A DNA stretch of 64,000 bases from a virus. A program made the position numbers and the translations under genes. Each line of letters starts with the position of its first letter. Position 1 is the stretch's first letter. The stretch covers positions 1 to 64,000 of IMG/VR virus record IMGVR_UViG_3300028844_006119. The stretch is one strand, 5' to 3'. The notes under the pieces were generated by a model that did no database searches, was not told where the DNA came from, and saw only the letters and a program-made list of their open reading frames with translations. Below are positions 32,969-41,659 of this stretch, in pieces.

Positions 32969-33791
32969 CCTGAGAGATAGGCTGCAGAAGATCGCAGCGA
33001 AGGACCCCTACGAGTTTCCCAAGACGTGGGGCACCAAGGATCGCAAGACAGGTGAGGTTACCCCTTTCTACGGTAAAGCCGCGAAAGAGGTAACTATGTG
33101 GAGGACATGGAAGGAGTCCGGGGAAGATCCCGACCACCTTGCCCCTCTTCTCCAGTCTCTAAATCCTGTGATCAACAGTAATGTTCTGCGCCACCGCGCC
33201 CCACGCATTCACAAGCCGGTGATAGAGGCCGAGGCTCGAACTCTCACCGTGAAGGCACTGCGGAGGTACAACCCCTCTCGGGGGACCATGGTCTCCTCCC
33301 ACGTACACAACAATCTGAAAGGTCTGAACCGCTTTGTAAAGAAGCACCAGAACTTCACACGCATCGTGGAGACTCAGGCCAATAAAATTGGTGATTACGA
33401 CAGGGCAAAATCCTCGTTGGCAGAGGAGCTGGGCAGGGACCCAACTACCTTAGAGATCTCGGACAGAATTAAGTTGTCCCCGAAGAAGGTGGCGCGTCTC
33501 GAGAAGGAGCTCCGTAAGGACAAGTTCTCTGCACTGCCCTCTGACGATATGATCAGTGCCAACCCTTTCGAGAAGACGCTCCCTGAATCCCGAGAGATCA
33601 TTGAGATGCTCCCCTACGAGCTCACAATGAACGAGCAGGCGGTGTTCAACCACCTGTACGGGCGTGGCGGCTTTCGCAAGGACCGGATGACCAAAAGTAT
33701 CGCCAAGAAGTTGGGCTGGTCGGAGTCCAAGGTATCGCAAGTAAAGAACTCCATTATCAAGAAGTACCACGCGTACGAGGACTCTTTTTAA
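32958..33791 (+). CDS. sigma-70 family group-3 (FliA/WhiG/SigB-like) sigma factor
   Basis: Region 2 KALRRYNPSRGTMVSSHV; region 3 LAEELGRDPTTLEISDRIKLSPKKV; region 4 LTMNEQAVFNHLYG..KSIAKKLGWSESKVSQVKNSIIKK. Confidence 0.88.
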   Translation: MVSSLRDRLQKIAAKDPYEFPKTWGTKDRKTGEVTPFYGKAAKEVTMWRTWKESGEDPDHLAPLLQSLNPVINSNVLRHRAPRIHKPVIEAEARTLTVKALRRYNPSRGTMVSSHVHNNLKGLNRFVKKHQNFTRIVETQANKIGDYDRAKSSLAEELGRDPTTLEISDRIKLSPKKVARLEKELRKDKFSALPSDDMISANPFEKTLPESREIIEMLPYELTMNEQAVFNHLYGRGGFRKDRMTKSIAKKLGWSESKVSQVKNSIIKKYHAYEDSF

Positions 33792-34027
33792 TGGCCGTGT
33801 CCGACATTGGCGAGCTCATAGATCTGATAGAGGACGAGCTGCAGCCCGTGCTCGACGAGGAGGAAAAGCGCCTTGTTGAGGAGGCACTGCTCCTAAAGCT
33901 AGTCTACGAGGGTATGACAGGAACGGCGTTTTCTGATAAAACACCCACAGAGGTAGCCGAGGCGTTCACCGTCCGGTTCATCACAGAAATGGCAGTAACC
34001 GTGGCCCCGGCAGTGGAGCCGGAATAG
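33791..34027 (+). CDS. small acidic hypothetical protein
   Basis: TAATG coupling. Confidence 0.65.
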   Translation: MAVSDIGELIDLIEDELQPVLDEEEKRLVEEALLLKLVYEGMTGTAFSDKTPTEVAEAFTVRFITEMAVTVAPAVEPE

Positions 34028-34068
34028 CGGCCTCCGCTCCCCCCATACTCCGACAAAAAGCGCAGACA

Positions 34069-34275
34069 ATGGTAATTCAAGATATGGCATTTGCTGCCTT
34101 CATCGTCCACATGGGGCACCCACTTGCCGGCGTCTCACGAAACGGCAGGCGAGTATCCTGGGAGTTCACCCTCACCGAGGAAGAGATCGCAAACATTGAC
34201 GCCCTCTGGCCTTCGAGTGGGGAGAGCAAGTTCTTCAACGTTTACCAAACCCTTAAAAATCAGATTCGGAAATAA
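34069..34275 (+). CDS. small phage protein (DUF5659-like by recall)
   Basis: DMAFAAFI..GHPL..VSRNGRRVSWEF..FFNVYQTLK. Confidence 0.6.
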   Translation: MVIQDMAFAAFIVHMGHPLAGVSRNGRRVSWEFTLTEEEIANIDALWPSSGESKFFNVYQTLKNQIRK

Positions 34276-34360
34276 CCCCGAGTCCCGCACAAAAGAGCGT
34301 TGACAGAGATCTGCGCCACGGCTTTCCTTTTTTTCAACTCCACTTTTGTGAGGCTCTACC

Positions 34361-36154
34361 ATGGCTGTTGCCAACTTCAAGAACATCGTCCCCTTCGGCA
34401 AGGACGCTCTCTTTCCTTTCCAGATGTCTGCCGCATCTCTGTCCACCTCTGCAACCGTCTACCAGCTCGCTGGTACTGATGGCGCAAAGACCACTGTCGG
34501 CAGTGGCGTCAGCGTCATTGACGATGGCGGCGGTCTGTACCGACTGAAGGTCACCTCTGGCAGCATGTCCGGCAGCAACCTGTACTACGCTACCGTGGTC
34601 GCAGGCAGCGAGCAGGTCCGTATTCCGATGTGGTCGTACGCACCCACGGGCCACACCGACGACATCCTGTCGCGCATTGGCGGCTCTGCTGCAGCAATGA
34701 GCTTCACCGGTATCCTGAGCGGCGCAAACAACCTTCAGGGCGCAGTCGATCTGCTCGGTGGCGAGCTTGGTGACTTCAGTACCTCCGGCATTACGGGTAA
34801 TCCCGCTAGCGCTGCCGCTGCCATGAAGATCATCTTCGACAACGTGGATACTCTCGAGAACTCCATCGGTCTCGAGAATGATGCCGATACGGCAGCAACT
34901 CTGTTTGGCCGCATCAAGAAGAACAAGGCGGTTGCAGACGCGATCAAGACCGACACTGACGATCTGCTCGCTGCAGTCGGAGACCACAACGACGCTGCTT
35001 CTGCGGATTACGGTACTGACAAGAGCCTCATGGGCATGGTCCGCCTCTTGGGCGCAGACGTTGGCGAGAACCAGACGGATCTCAACAGCATCATCAGTAA
35101 GGTCGATACCGTCGACGGTATCGTTGATTCCATTCTGGCTGATACCGCAGTTATTGGCGCCCCCGCCGGGGTCTCCGTCTCGGCCGACATCGCAGCCCTC
35201 AAGGCTGAGACTGCGCTGATCGTGGCGGACACCGCTGAGCTTCAGGGTGACTGGGTCAACGGAGGTCGCCTTGACCTGATCCTGGATGCCAGTGCTGCTG
35301 ACGCCCTCGCTGCCAAGACGGCGTCTCAGGCCAACAAGGCTACCCTTGAGAACGGAACCCACGGCCTCGCCCAGTTGCAGAGTGAAATCGCGGACAACCA
35401 GACGGACCTGAACTCGATTCTGGCCGCAGGTGTTAGCCGAGATTCCGCCATCGCTACTGTGGACAGCGAGATCGGCACCCTCCAGACTGACCTTACCGCT
35501 GGGTTCCTGGCTGGCGCCAAGTCCTCCGAGATCGTCGCGCTGGACAATGTTGTCGATGCCGGATTCGTTGCTGGTGCCAAGGCTTCGGATCTGGCAACCG
35601 CCAAGACCGAGATCGACGGCATTCGCACGGATACCGAGGACATCCAGGTCAAGATCGCCGCGGTCCAGGCTACTGCCGATACGCTGGCCCTGCAGGTCAA
35701 CGCTGTTCTGCAGCCGATGGTCCCGTCGGAGCGTTACTCCGGAGCTGCCGCCAAGCGGATCTCCCTCGTGATTCAGACCATCGACGGCGCAACGGGTGCT
35801 GCGGATAACATGGACCAGGCAGGCACCCCCGCCGGGCAGATGTACATCAAGGTGCTTGACGGTGCTGGCAACTCGGTTACCGATTTGCACGATGCTGCTT
35901 CTGGCGGTAATGCTCTCGCTTCCGCCGATGCATCCATCTACAGCGGTGCTGTCAGCGGGTACAAGATCATGAACAACGTGTCGACGGGCTTCTACCAGGC
36001 GTTCCTTGAGATCGCCGCGTACAAGGTCGAGAGCTACGATGTTCTCTTCTACGCCCAGGATAGCGACCCGAATACGGCACAGGAGTTCCGCGCCATGCGT
36101 CAGATGGAGGTTCGCAGCCCCGTCCAGGCTCAGTTCGCTGGCGGTGCGTTCTAA
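34361..36154 (+). CDS. acidic Ala/Asp/Thr-rich fibrous structural protein (head fibre/whisker-like)
   Basis: Segmented coiled-coil repeats (IxADT, DTVDGIVDSILADT, DTAELQGDWVNGGRLDLILD) between beta-rich ends; strong codon bias; own terminator. Confidence 0.65.
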   Translation: MAVANFKNIVPFGKDALFPFQMSAASLSTSATVYQLAGTDGAKTTVGSGVSVIDDGGGLYRLKVTSGSMSGSNLYYATVVAGSEQVRIPMWSYAPTGHTDDILSRIGGSAAAMSFTGILSGANNLQGAVDLLGGELGDFSTSGITGNPASAAAAMKIIFDNVDTLENSIGLENDADTAATLFGRIKKNKAVADAIKTDTDDLLAAVGDHNDAASADYGTDKSLMGMVRLLGADVGENQTDLNSIISKVDTVDGIVDSILADTAVIGAPAGVSVSADIAALKAETALIVADTAELQGDWVNGGRLDLILDASAADALAAKTASQANKATLENGTHGLAQLQSEIADNQTDLNSILAAGVSRDSAIATVDSEIGTLQTDLTAGFLAGAKSSEIVALDNVVDAGFVAGAKASDLATAKTEIDGIRTDTEDIQVKIAAVQATADTLALQVNAVLQPMVPSERYSGAAAKRISLVIQTIDGATGAADNMDQAGTPAGQMYIKVLDGAGNSVTDLHDAASGGNALASADASIYSGAVSGYKIMNNVSTGFYQAFLEIAAYKVESYDVLFYAQDSDPNTAQEFRAMRQMEVRSPVQAQFAGGAF

Positions 36155-36175
36155 GTAGAACGGTTGCTCAAAGTG

Positions 36176-36210
36176 AAGCCCCCAGCAGGTTCTCCTGCTG
36201 GGGGCTTTCT
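36176..36210 (+). terminator. intrinsic terminator
   Basis: AAGCCCCCAGCAGG-ttct-CCTGCTGGGGGCTT then TCT. Confidence 0.8.
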
Positions 36211-36286
36211 TGCTCCGGGGGCTCCGGGGTGCTACTGTAATAAAGGCACCCTACTTCTGCACAAAGTGTAACGGAGCACCCATAGA

Positions 36287-36679
36287 ATGGCAAAGCGTAT
36301 TTGGAAGTTTGTCGGAGGCAGCAAGTCTGCCCGCACATCCCTGAACGCCGCTCTCGCGGCGACCATCGAGAACCATGAAGGAGAGGTAGCGATCTACAAC
36401 TCCGAAACCGGAGAGATGTACGATCGCGCGGGCGCCCCGTATCCCCCAATCGTCCGGCATCAGTACGACACCGCATGCAACATCCTCGCTATGATTATTG
36501 TTCACGCCATGAGGGAAGAAGAGATCCCGGCCAAAACGATGGCGGGGCTGATTACCCGAATCGGCGGCGAGATGCTAGAGGACATCACCAACTCCTCCGG
36601 GCTGGTCCTCCGGGCCATAGAGGGGGCCAAGGCCGAACTGACGGGAGATCCAGATGACGCGGGACAGGGAGGCAGCTGA
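36287..36679 (+). CDS. hypothetical protein (130 aa)
   Basis: GGAG RBS. Confidence 0.7.
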   Translation: MAKRIWKFVGGSKSARTSLNAALAATIENHEGEVAIYNSETGEMYDRAGAPYPPIVRHQYDTACNILAMIIVHAMREEEIPAKTMAGLITRIGGEMLEDITNSSGLVLRAIEGAKAELTGDPDDAGQGGS

Positions 36680-37154
36680 TTGGGCAACCGGTCTTCTCGA
36701 GGAAACTCTAAAGAGAAGAGAGCTGCGCACCCAGGCCGTGGCCCCCTACCTTTACCCGTTTACTATGGGGAAAGACGGGGTTGAGCAGTACCCCTCAACT
36801 CCTATCTCCGCGGGAAACCCTCCCGACATCTCCACTGCGCTGCGCGTACTGGAGACGATGGACCCGCTCTACGCATACCTGTACCTAATGCCCGGCATTC
36901 CTATTCCGGAGTCTGTGTGGCAGGGGCCGGCGTTTACGCCTACGAAAAGGGCGAGCATCCCTCTGGGAGTGCCCCAGGAGATCATAGAAGAAGGGGACTT
37001 TGACTTCTACGTTTTTGGGGCCTTCGTGAGCCCTACGGTCAAGCGGACCTTTTGCATTCCCCTGAAAGGGGATACATTTGGTAAGCTGCAGGTCGTATCC
37101 GGGCTCTATGGAGGAGTGTTTTCCTCCCTGCAAGGCATAGGCGAGGAGGCCTGA
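36654..37154 (+). CDS. hypothetical protein (166 aa)
   Basis: GGAG RBS, operon packing. Confidence 0.7.
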   Translation: MTRDREAADWATGLLEETLKRRELRTQAVAPYLYPFTMGKDGVEQYPSTPISAGNPPDISTALRVLETMDPLYAYLYLMPGIPIPESVWQGPAFTPTKRASIPLGVPQEIIEEGDFDFYVFGAFVSPTVKRTFCIPLKGDTFGKLQVVSGLYGGVFSSLQGIGEEA

Positions 37155-37582
37155 TGATCGCTACCGACTCTGCCCACATAAATGTAGCCTTCACTTTGGC
37201 ATTTTACTCGTCGTCCGGCTCCTCCCTCACTGTAACGGCGGAGGTAGTTGTAGCCACCACGGGAGAGGCCACCACGGTCTCTTTAGTAAAAAGTGACGCC
37301 CTAAGCAGTGTGGCGCAGTTCGTCTACGTGGGGAACTATGTCCCTACGGCAGAGGGTTGGTATTTTGTGCAGTACCTGGCCAAGGAGTCCGGAGTCACCC
37401 GAGGTTCTTCTGTGAGCAGATTCCATGCGGCCTCGGCTACTGCGTCCTCTAGTGGGGGCAGCGGGCAGAGCTCCTCCGGGGTCACCACCAGTAGTGACCC
37501 CGAGACCGGCAACGGCACCTCGGTGCCCACTACGGTCGGCGGTAACGCCGGAACGCTGACTTTTAGCACCAGGAACGTCTGA
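37154..37582 (+). CDS. Ig-like beta-sandwich structural protein
   Basis: S/T-rich; YVGNYVPTAEGWYFVQY. Confidence 0.6.
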   Translation: MIATDSAHINVAFTLAFYSSSGSSLTVTAEVVVATTGEATTVSLVKSDALSSVAQFVYVGNYVPTAEGWYFVQYLAKESGVTRGSSVSRFHAASATASSSGGSGQSSSGVTTSSDPETGNGTSVPTTVGGNAGTLTFSTRNV

Positions 37583-38247
37583 TGGCCTTCAAAGCAGTAG
37601 GGGTAGCCACCTCCTCCATTTTGACTATTCAGTTCACTACTTCGAGCGGAAGCTCGTATCTGGTGAACGCGGACGCCACCCCCACCCTGACTATCTCCAC
37701 GGGCGGCTCCGTAGTATCCACCATCACGACGGCCACAAACACTTCTACGGGGGCGTACTCGGCTACCTGGACCCCTGCCGTCGCAGGGGAGCACTCGTTG
37801 CTCTGGTCCTTTGCGGTAGAGGGAGTCAGCTACTCGTCAAGCGACACGATCTTCGTTCTGACTGCTGCGTCCTCGACCGATGTGTCAGATGCCCCAGACG
37901 TGGGCACCGCGAATACTTGCCTGATCACAGGCACCTTTATTGATGCGGCAGGAGACTTTCTATCGGGCATCCGGGTCCGCTTCTCCCCTGACCTGGCCGC
38001 ATCCCGACTCTCCGGGGTAGGGTTCATCGCGTCAGACCTTACTGCGACCTCCGGAGCCAACGGGCAGGTGTCCTTCGCAGCAGTTCGGGGGATCGTGGGG
38101 CTTCTGACTATCTCCGGCACCGACCTGGTCAGGAGGGTGACTATCCCCAGCCAGACGGCGGTTGACCTCTTCGACTTAGCATCGACGGGGCCCGACCTCC
38201 TAGAAGTTCAAGAGCTTGAGCTTCTAGACCTCCCCAGGAGATCCTGA
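37582..38247 (+). CDS. two-domain Ig-like structural protein
   Basis: TGAYSATWTPAVAGEHSLLW; CLITGTFIDAAG..ATSGANGQVSF. Confidence 0.65.
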   Translation: MAFKAVGVATSSILTIQFTTSSGSSYLVNADATPTLTISTGGSVVSTITTATNTSTGAYSATWTPAVAGEHSLLWSFAVEGVSYSSSDTIFVLTAASSTDVSDAPDVGTANTCLITGTFIDAAGDFLSGIRVRFSPDLAASRLSGVGFIASDLTATSGANGQVSFAAVRGIVGLLTISGTDLVRRVTIPSQTAVDLFDLASTGPDLLEVQELELLDLPRRS

Positions 38248-39149
38248 TGACGACCGCGACGTTCTATCTCTGGGATTCTGTCGATCAAACGGCCGCTACC
38301 GCGGTCGAGTCCGCGCAAGTCCGCCTGTACTCCAGCGATGGGACCGCCTTCATTACATACGGGACTACTGACAGCGCGGGGGAGGTCGCCCTAGACGTGC
38401 CGGATGCTACCTACTGGGTCCGATTCTTCAAGACTGGGTATGCCTTTCCGTCTAAGAGGTCTGTGGTCGTGGACGCAGCCGCAGCCAACAACACATTCGA
38501 CACCGAAGCGGAGAACCTAGAAATCCTGCCCCCATCCTCCGCATCAAATCTGTGTAGGGTCAGTGGGTACGTGGTCGGCGCAGGAGGGCAGCCCCGAAAG
38601 GGGGCAACGTTCCAGTTCATGCTTACGCACCTACGGCACATAGTCAGTGGCCGCCCCATCACCGCATCCAAGGTCACTTGCAGATCGGATGAGTATGGGT
38701 ACACAGAGGTCGAGCTTATCCAGGGGGCCTTTTACGATGTTGTCGTAGAGGGACTGGATGACCAGGTCTTCGTCGCTCAGGTTCCTGAGCTTGGGTACGC
38801 AAAGCTGACCGAGGTTATCTGGCCGTACCCCGCACGAGTCACTTTGTCTTCTGCAACGGTATCAGTTGCCGCTGCGGCAGAAGAGGATGTGACGGTTACT
38901 TTGGTCCTGAGCAGCGGGGTAGTCATGCCCCTACCCTCGGATGCCGCTGCGGGAGCCGTGGGGTTCTCTCTGGCAGCGTCCTCGAGCGACACAGATGTAG
39001 CTACGGTTGTCCTGGACGGGACTACGGCCACCATTACTGGCGTGGCCTCCGGGTCTGCCACCATTTCCTTTACCGCTGCAGGAAGCTACGAAGAGAGGTT
39101 CCCCGAGATCTCCGTGTCTCTGGATTCTATTGCAGTCACGGTGCCGTAA
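38247..39149 (+). CDS. tandem prealbumin-like/Ig-like domain structural protein
   Basis: GTTDSAGEV..YWVRFFKTGY; CRVSGYV..GQP; Big-2-like SSSDTDVATV..ITGVASGSATISFT. Confidence 0.7.
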   Translation: MTTATFYLWDSVDQTAATAVESAQVRLYSSDGTAFITYGTTDSAGEVALDVPDATYWVRFFKTGYAFPSKRSVVVDAAAANNTFDTEAENLEILPPSSASNLCRVSGYVVGAGGQPRKGATFQFMLTHLRHIVSGRPITASKVTCRSDEYGYTEVELIQGAFYDVVVEGLDDQVFVAQVPELGYAKLTEVIWPYPARVTLSSATVSVAAAAEEDVTVTLVLSSGVVMPLPSDAAAGAVGFSLAASSSDTDVATVVLDGTTATITGVASGSATISFTAAGSYEERFPEISVSLDSIAVTVP

Positions 39150-40576
39150 TGGCTACGAAGATCAGTACGGGGGACATCTCTGCCGCATCGGGGGAGGCAG
39201 TACGCCGAAAAAGGTCCAACTCAGAGGACACTAAGGGGGCCTCGGCAGATCAGATTCGGTGGGACACCTTGCGGGGCAGGGCCTGTAGGCTCTTCCTGTC
39301 CGATCCCGATGCCAGAGTGCAGCTGTACTATTTGGCCTCTAACACCCTTTCCTCGGAGTTACGGACTTTTCACGCTCTGGTGTGTGAAGCAATCTCCCTC
39401 GCAGAGTCAAGCTTCTCCTCCAAGGAGACGTCTGCCAGCATAGCGGCGGACCTCTCGACCAAAAAGGCGGCGCTGTATTTCGAGGTGGGAAACATGAGGG
39501 CATCATCTCCCTCTGCGCCGGTCCTGCCCACCACCCTAAAAGAGGCCGCCGCCTCGTATGCCAACGCCGTAGCTAAGCAGAGCAGCCGGAATAGAAAAAT
39601 CGAGAGAGGCGATTCCGCGGGGGCATCGCTGCCTGCCCTCCTCGCAGAAGCAACCAAGAGAGGTAGGGCCTGCGTATCCCTGATCTCTGTGATGGAGCAG
39701 ACGGGCGGGCGGCTAGAGACGCTCCTCGGGCGCTGGGCGGTGGCTCCGATATTGCCGGGACTGGCTGCCTCCCTCCGGGATCCATCTCTTGCCCCTAAAG
39801 AGGAGCTGCTTAAGGTTGTGGCGGCAGTAGGGGCCTATGATGCCTTCACTGCCCCAGCTACCACCCTTCTGTTGGTCCACACAGGGGTAGGGTTTCCCTC
39901 GAAGCTTGTGCCCCGCATGGATGGGGCCGTACTTACTCTACTGGACGCTAATGGGAAAGAAACGGCCCCGGCTACCTTGCTGGTGTCCCAGGGCTGCGTT
40001 GTAACGGCAGGCACCGCTACTGCGACGATCTTATCGATCTCAGGTAGGGAGCTTACCCTGTCCTCCGAGATTTCGGTTTCAGGAGGGATCAGTATCGCAA
40101 CCAAGGCCCAAAGTGAGCTCTCCGCCTTCGTGGGGACGACACTGGGCGCGATCTCCGCTAACTCCCTGACTATGCCGGCCTCACTCCTGCGTGGAGTCTC
40201 GTTTCGCAAACTGAACAGGCCAGAGGCGTACAAAATCGTGAAGGGGCTGGTTCAGGTGGCTACGGAGCTGGCAGATATTACTACTGAGGCCTCCCGCTCT
40301 GCGGCACTACTGGGGGTTGATGTCCCTGTGACCAAGGGCCTTCTATCTGCAGTACGAGAGTTCTCTCCCTCGGTCGCGGAGTCCTCCCGCCGAGGAGCCT
40401 CCGAGATATTGGACGCTTTGCGGGCCGACGGCCTCGACGTGGTGGAGACTGCGCTTCTGTCCTCGGACCTCTGGTCACTGGATACGCCGAGCGTACACGA
40501 CGCCAGAAGATCGTCCAAAACAGCCTATCAGGTGGGGCAGCTTATGGAGATCATCAACCCGGATCTGAAGGTATAG
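39149..40576 (+). CDS. hypothetical protein in baseplate module (475 aa)
   Basis: TAATG coupling, long ORF. Confidence 0.7.
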   Translation: MATKISTGDISAASGEAVRRKRSNSEDTKGASADQIRWDTLRGRACRLFLSDPDARVQLYYLASNTLSSELRTFHALVCEAISLAESSFSSKETSASIAADLSTKKAALYFEVGNMRASSPSAPVLPTTLKEAAASYANAVAKQSSRNRKIERGDSAGASLPALLAEATKRGRACVSLISVMEQTGGRLETLLGRWAVAPILPGLAASLRDPSLAPKEELLKVVAAVGAYDAFTAPATTLLLVHTGVGFPSKLVPRMDGAVLTLLDANGKETAPATLLVSQGCVVTAGTATATILSISGRELTLSSEISVSGGISIATKAQSELSAFVGTTLGAISANSLTMPASLLRGVSFRKLNRPEAYKIVKGLVQVATELADITTEASRSAALLGVDVPVTKGLLSAVREFSPSVAESSRRGASEILDALRADGLDVVETALLSSDLWSLDTPSVHDARRSSKTAYQVGQLMEIINPDLKV

Positions 40577-40578
40577 GT

Positions 40579-40998
40579 ATGGACGAAACCCTAGACAATC
40601 AGATGGTGAAGATCATCCGGGATGCCCGAGGGTCTATCTCTCAGGCACTCTCTATGATGCAACAGCTCAACGCCAGAGACCTGGCTAACGGAGTGACTCT
40701 CGAGTCCTCCATAGAGGACGCCATCTACGAAATAGACAGCGAGCCCGACTTCGTAGACCCCTACCTGGACGCTGCGTATGGGCTGGCCGAGGCCGAGGCG
40801 GGGCAGGCGCTTACCTTCGGCATCCTGCAGACCCCTAGGAGGATCGGGAGGCTGCAGAGAGTGAGAGACCTGAAGGTGACGCTCTTCGGAGGGAATGTAC
40901 GGGTCGTTAGCGACGAAGGCGTCGTTTCCACCGACAGCATCGGTGGTCTTCTCGATCAACTAAAGAACGTTTCAGTTGATGTCCCGGAGGGCCCATGA
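40579..40998 (+). CDS. hypothetical protein (139 aa)
   Basis: Operon packing. Confidence 0.7.
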   Translation: MDETLDNQMVKIIRDARGSISQALSMMQQLNARDLANGVTLESSIEDAIYEIDSEPDFVDPYLDAAYGLAEAEAGQALTFGILQTPRRIGRLQRVRDLKVTLFGGNVRVVSDEGVVSTDSIGGLLDQLKNVSVDVPEGP

Positions 40999-41648
40999 GC
41001 GACTTCCCCCTTTTGGCCGTCAACCAGGTGGCCCATGTAGACAACATCGATTTCTTCGGAGGGGGCTCGTCGGGGATCTTGTCGATGGATATTCGGGGCA
41101 GGGACTTTAAGGGCCTAAATGCCGTAATAATCAACGGCCACAGGTCCCCTACCTTTGTCGTCTTGAGTGACACTCGGCTCCTTGCGGATGTACCGAGAAG
41201 TCAGCTGGGAGGGCCAATTAGGACTATCACAGTGCTAAAGTCGGATGCGTCAACGTCATCCCAAGGATCAGTCATTAGTTTTGAAGCTGTGGGGACCGCC
41301 ACAGTAGTGCCTTCGTCTACATTCCTAGTCCAGAAGGTCCTGAAGTATTTATTCACCACCCCCGGGTCAGATATCTTTTCCCCCACTTCCGGAAGCGGGC
41401 TGCTGGGGCTGCTGGGAACCACGGAGACCGCAGCAGAAAGCCTGGCGCTCCTCGCCAGGCTTCGGGTAAGGGAAGCCCTTTCCCAGATTATACAGGACCA
41501 GGCCCTCTCGTCCGCCCCGATAGAGGAGAAGGTTCAGTCGATAGAGGTCCTCTCCGCGTCATTCAGCAGGACGGATACCTCGCTGGACATTAGACTGGCT
41601 GTGATATCTATGGCCGGGCAGCGAGTCGTAGCGGGCCTAACCATCTAA
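40995..41648 (+). CDS. IPT/TIG-like domain plus gp25/GPW-like baseplate wedge protein
   Basis: IRGRDF..VIING..FVVLSDTRLLADVP; LVQKVLKYLFTTPGSDIFSPTSGSGL; immediately before the J-like gene. Confidence 0.7.
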   Translation: MSDFPLLAVNQVAHVDNIDFFGGGSSGILSMDIRGRDFKGLNAVIINGHRSPTFVVLSDTRLLADVPRSQLGGPIRTITVLKSDASTSSQGSVISFEAVGTATVVPSSTFLVQKVLKYLFTTPGSDIFSPTSGSGLLGLLGTTETAAESLALLARLRVREALSQIIQDQALSSAPIEEKVQSIEVLSASFSRTDTSLDIRLAVISMAGQRVVAGLTI

Positions 41649-41659
41649 GGAAAATTTCC

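Noticed and set aside
34334-35890. 518-aa minus-strand ORF
   Set aside because: Antisense shadow of the strongly codon-biased 34361..36154 gene.
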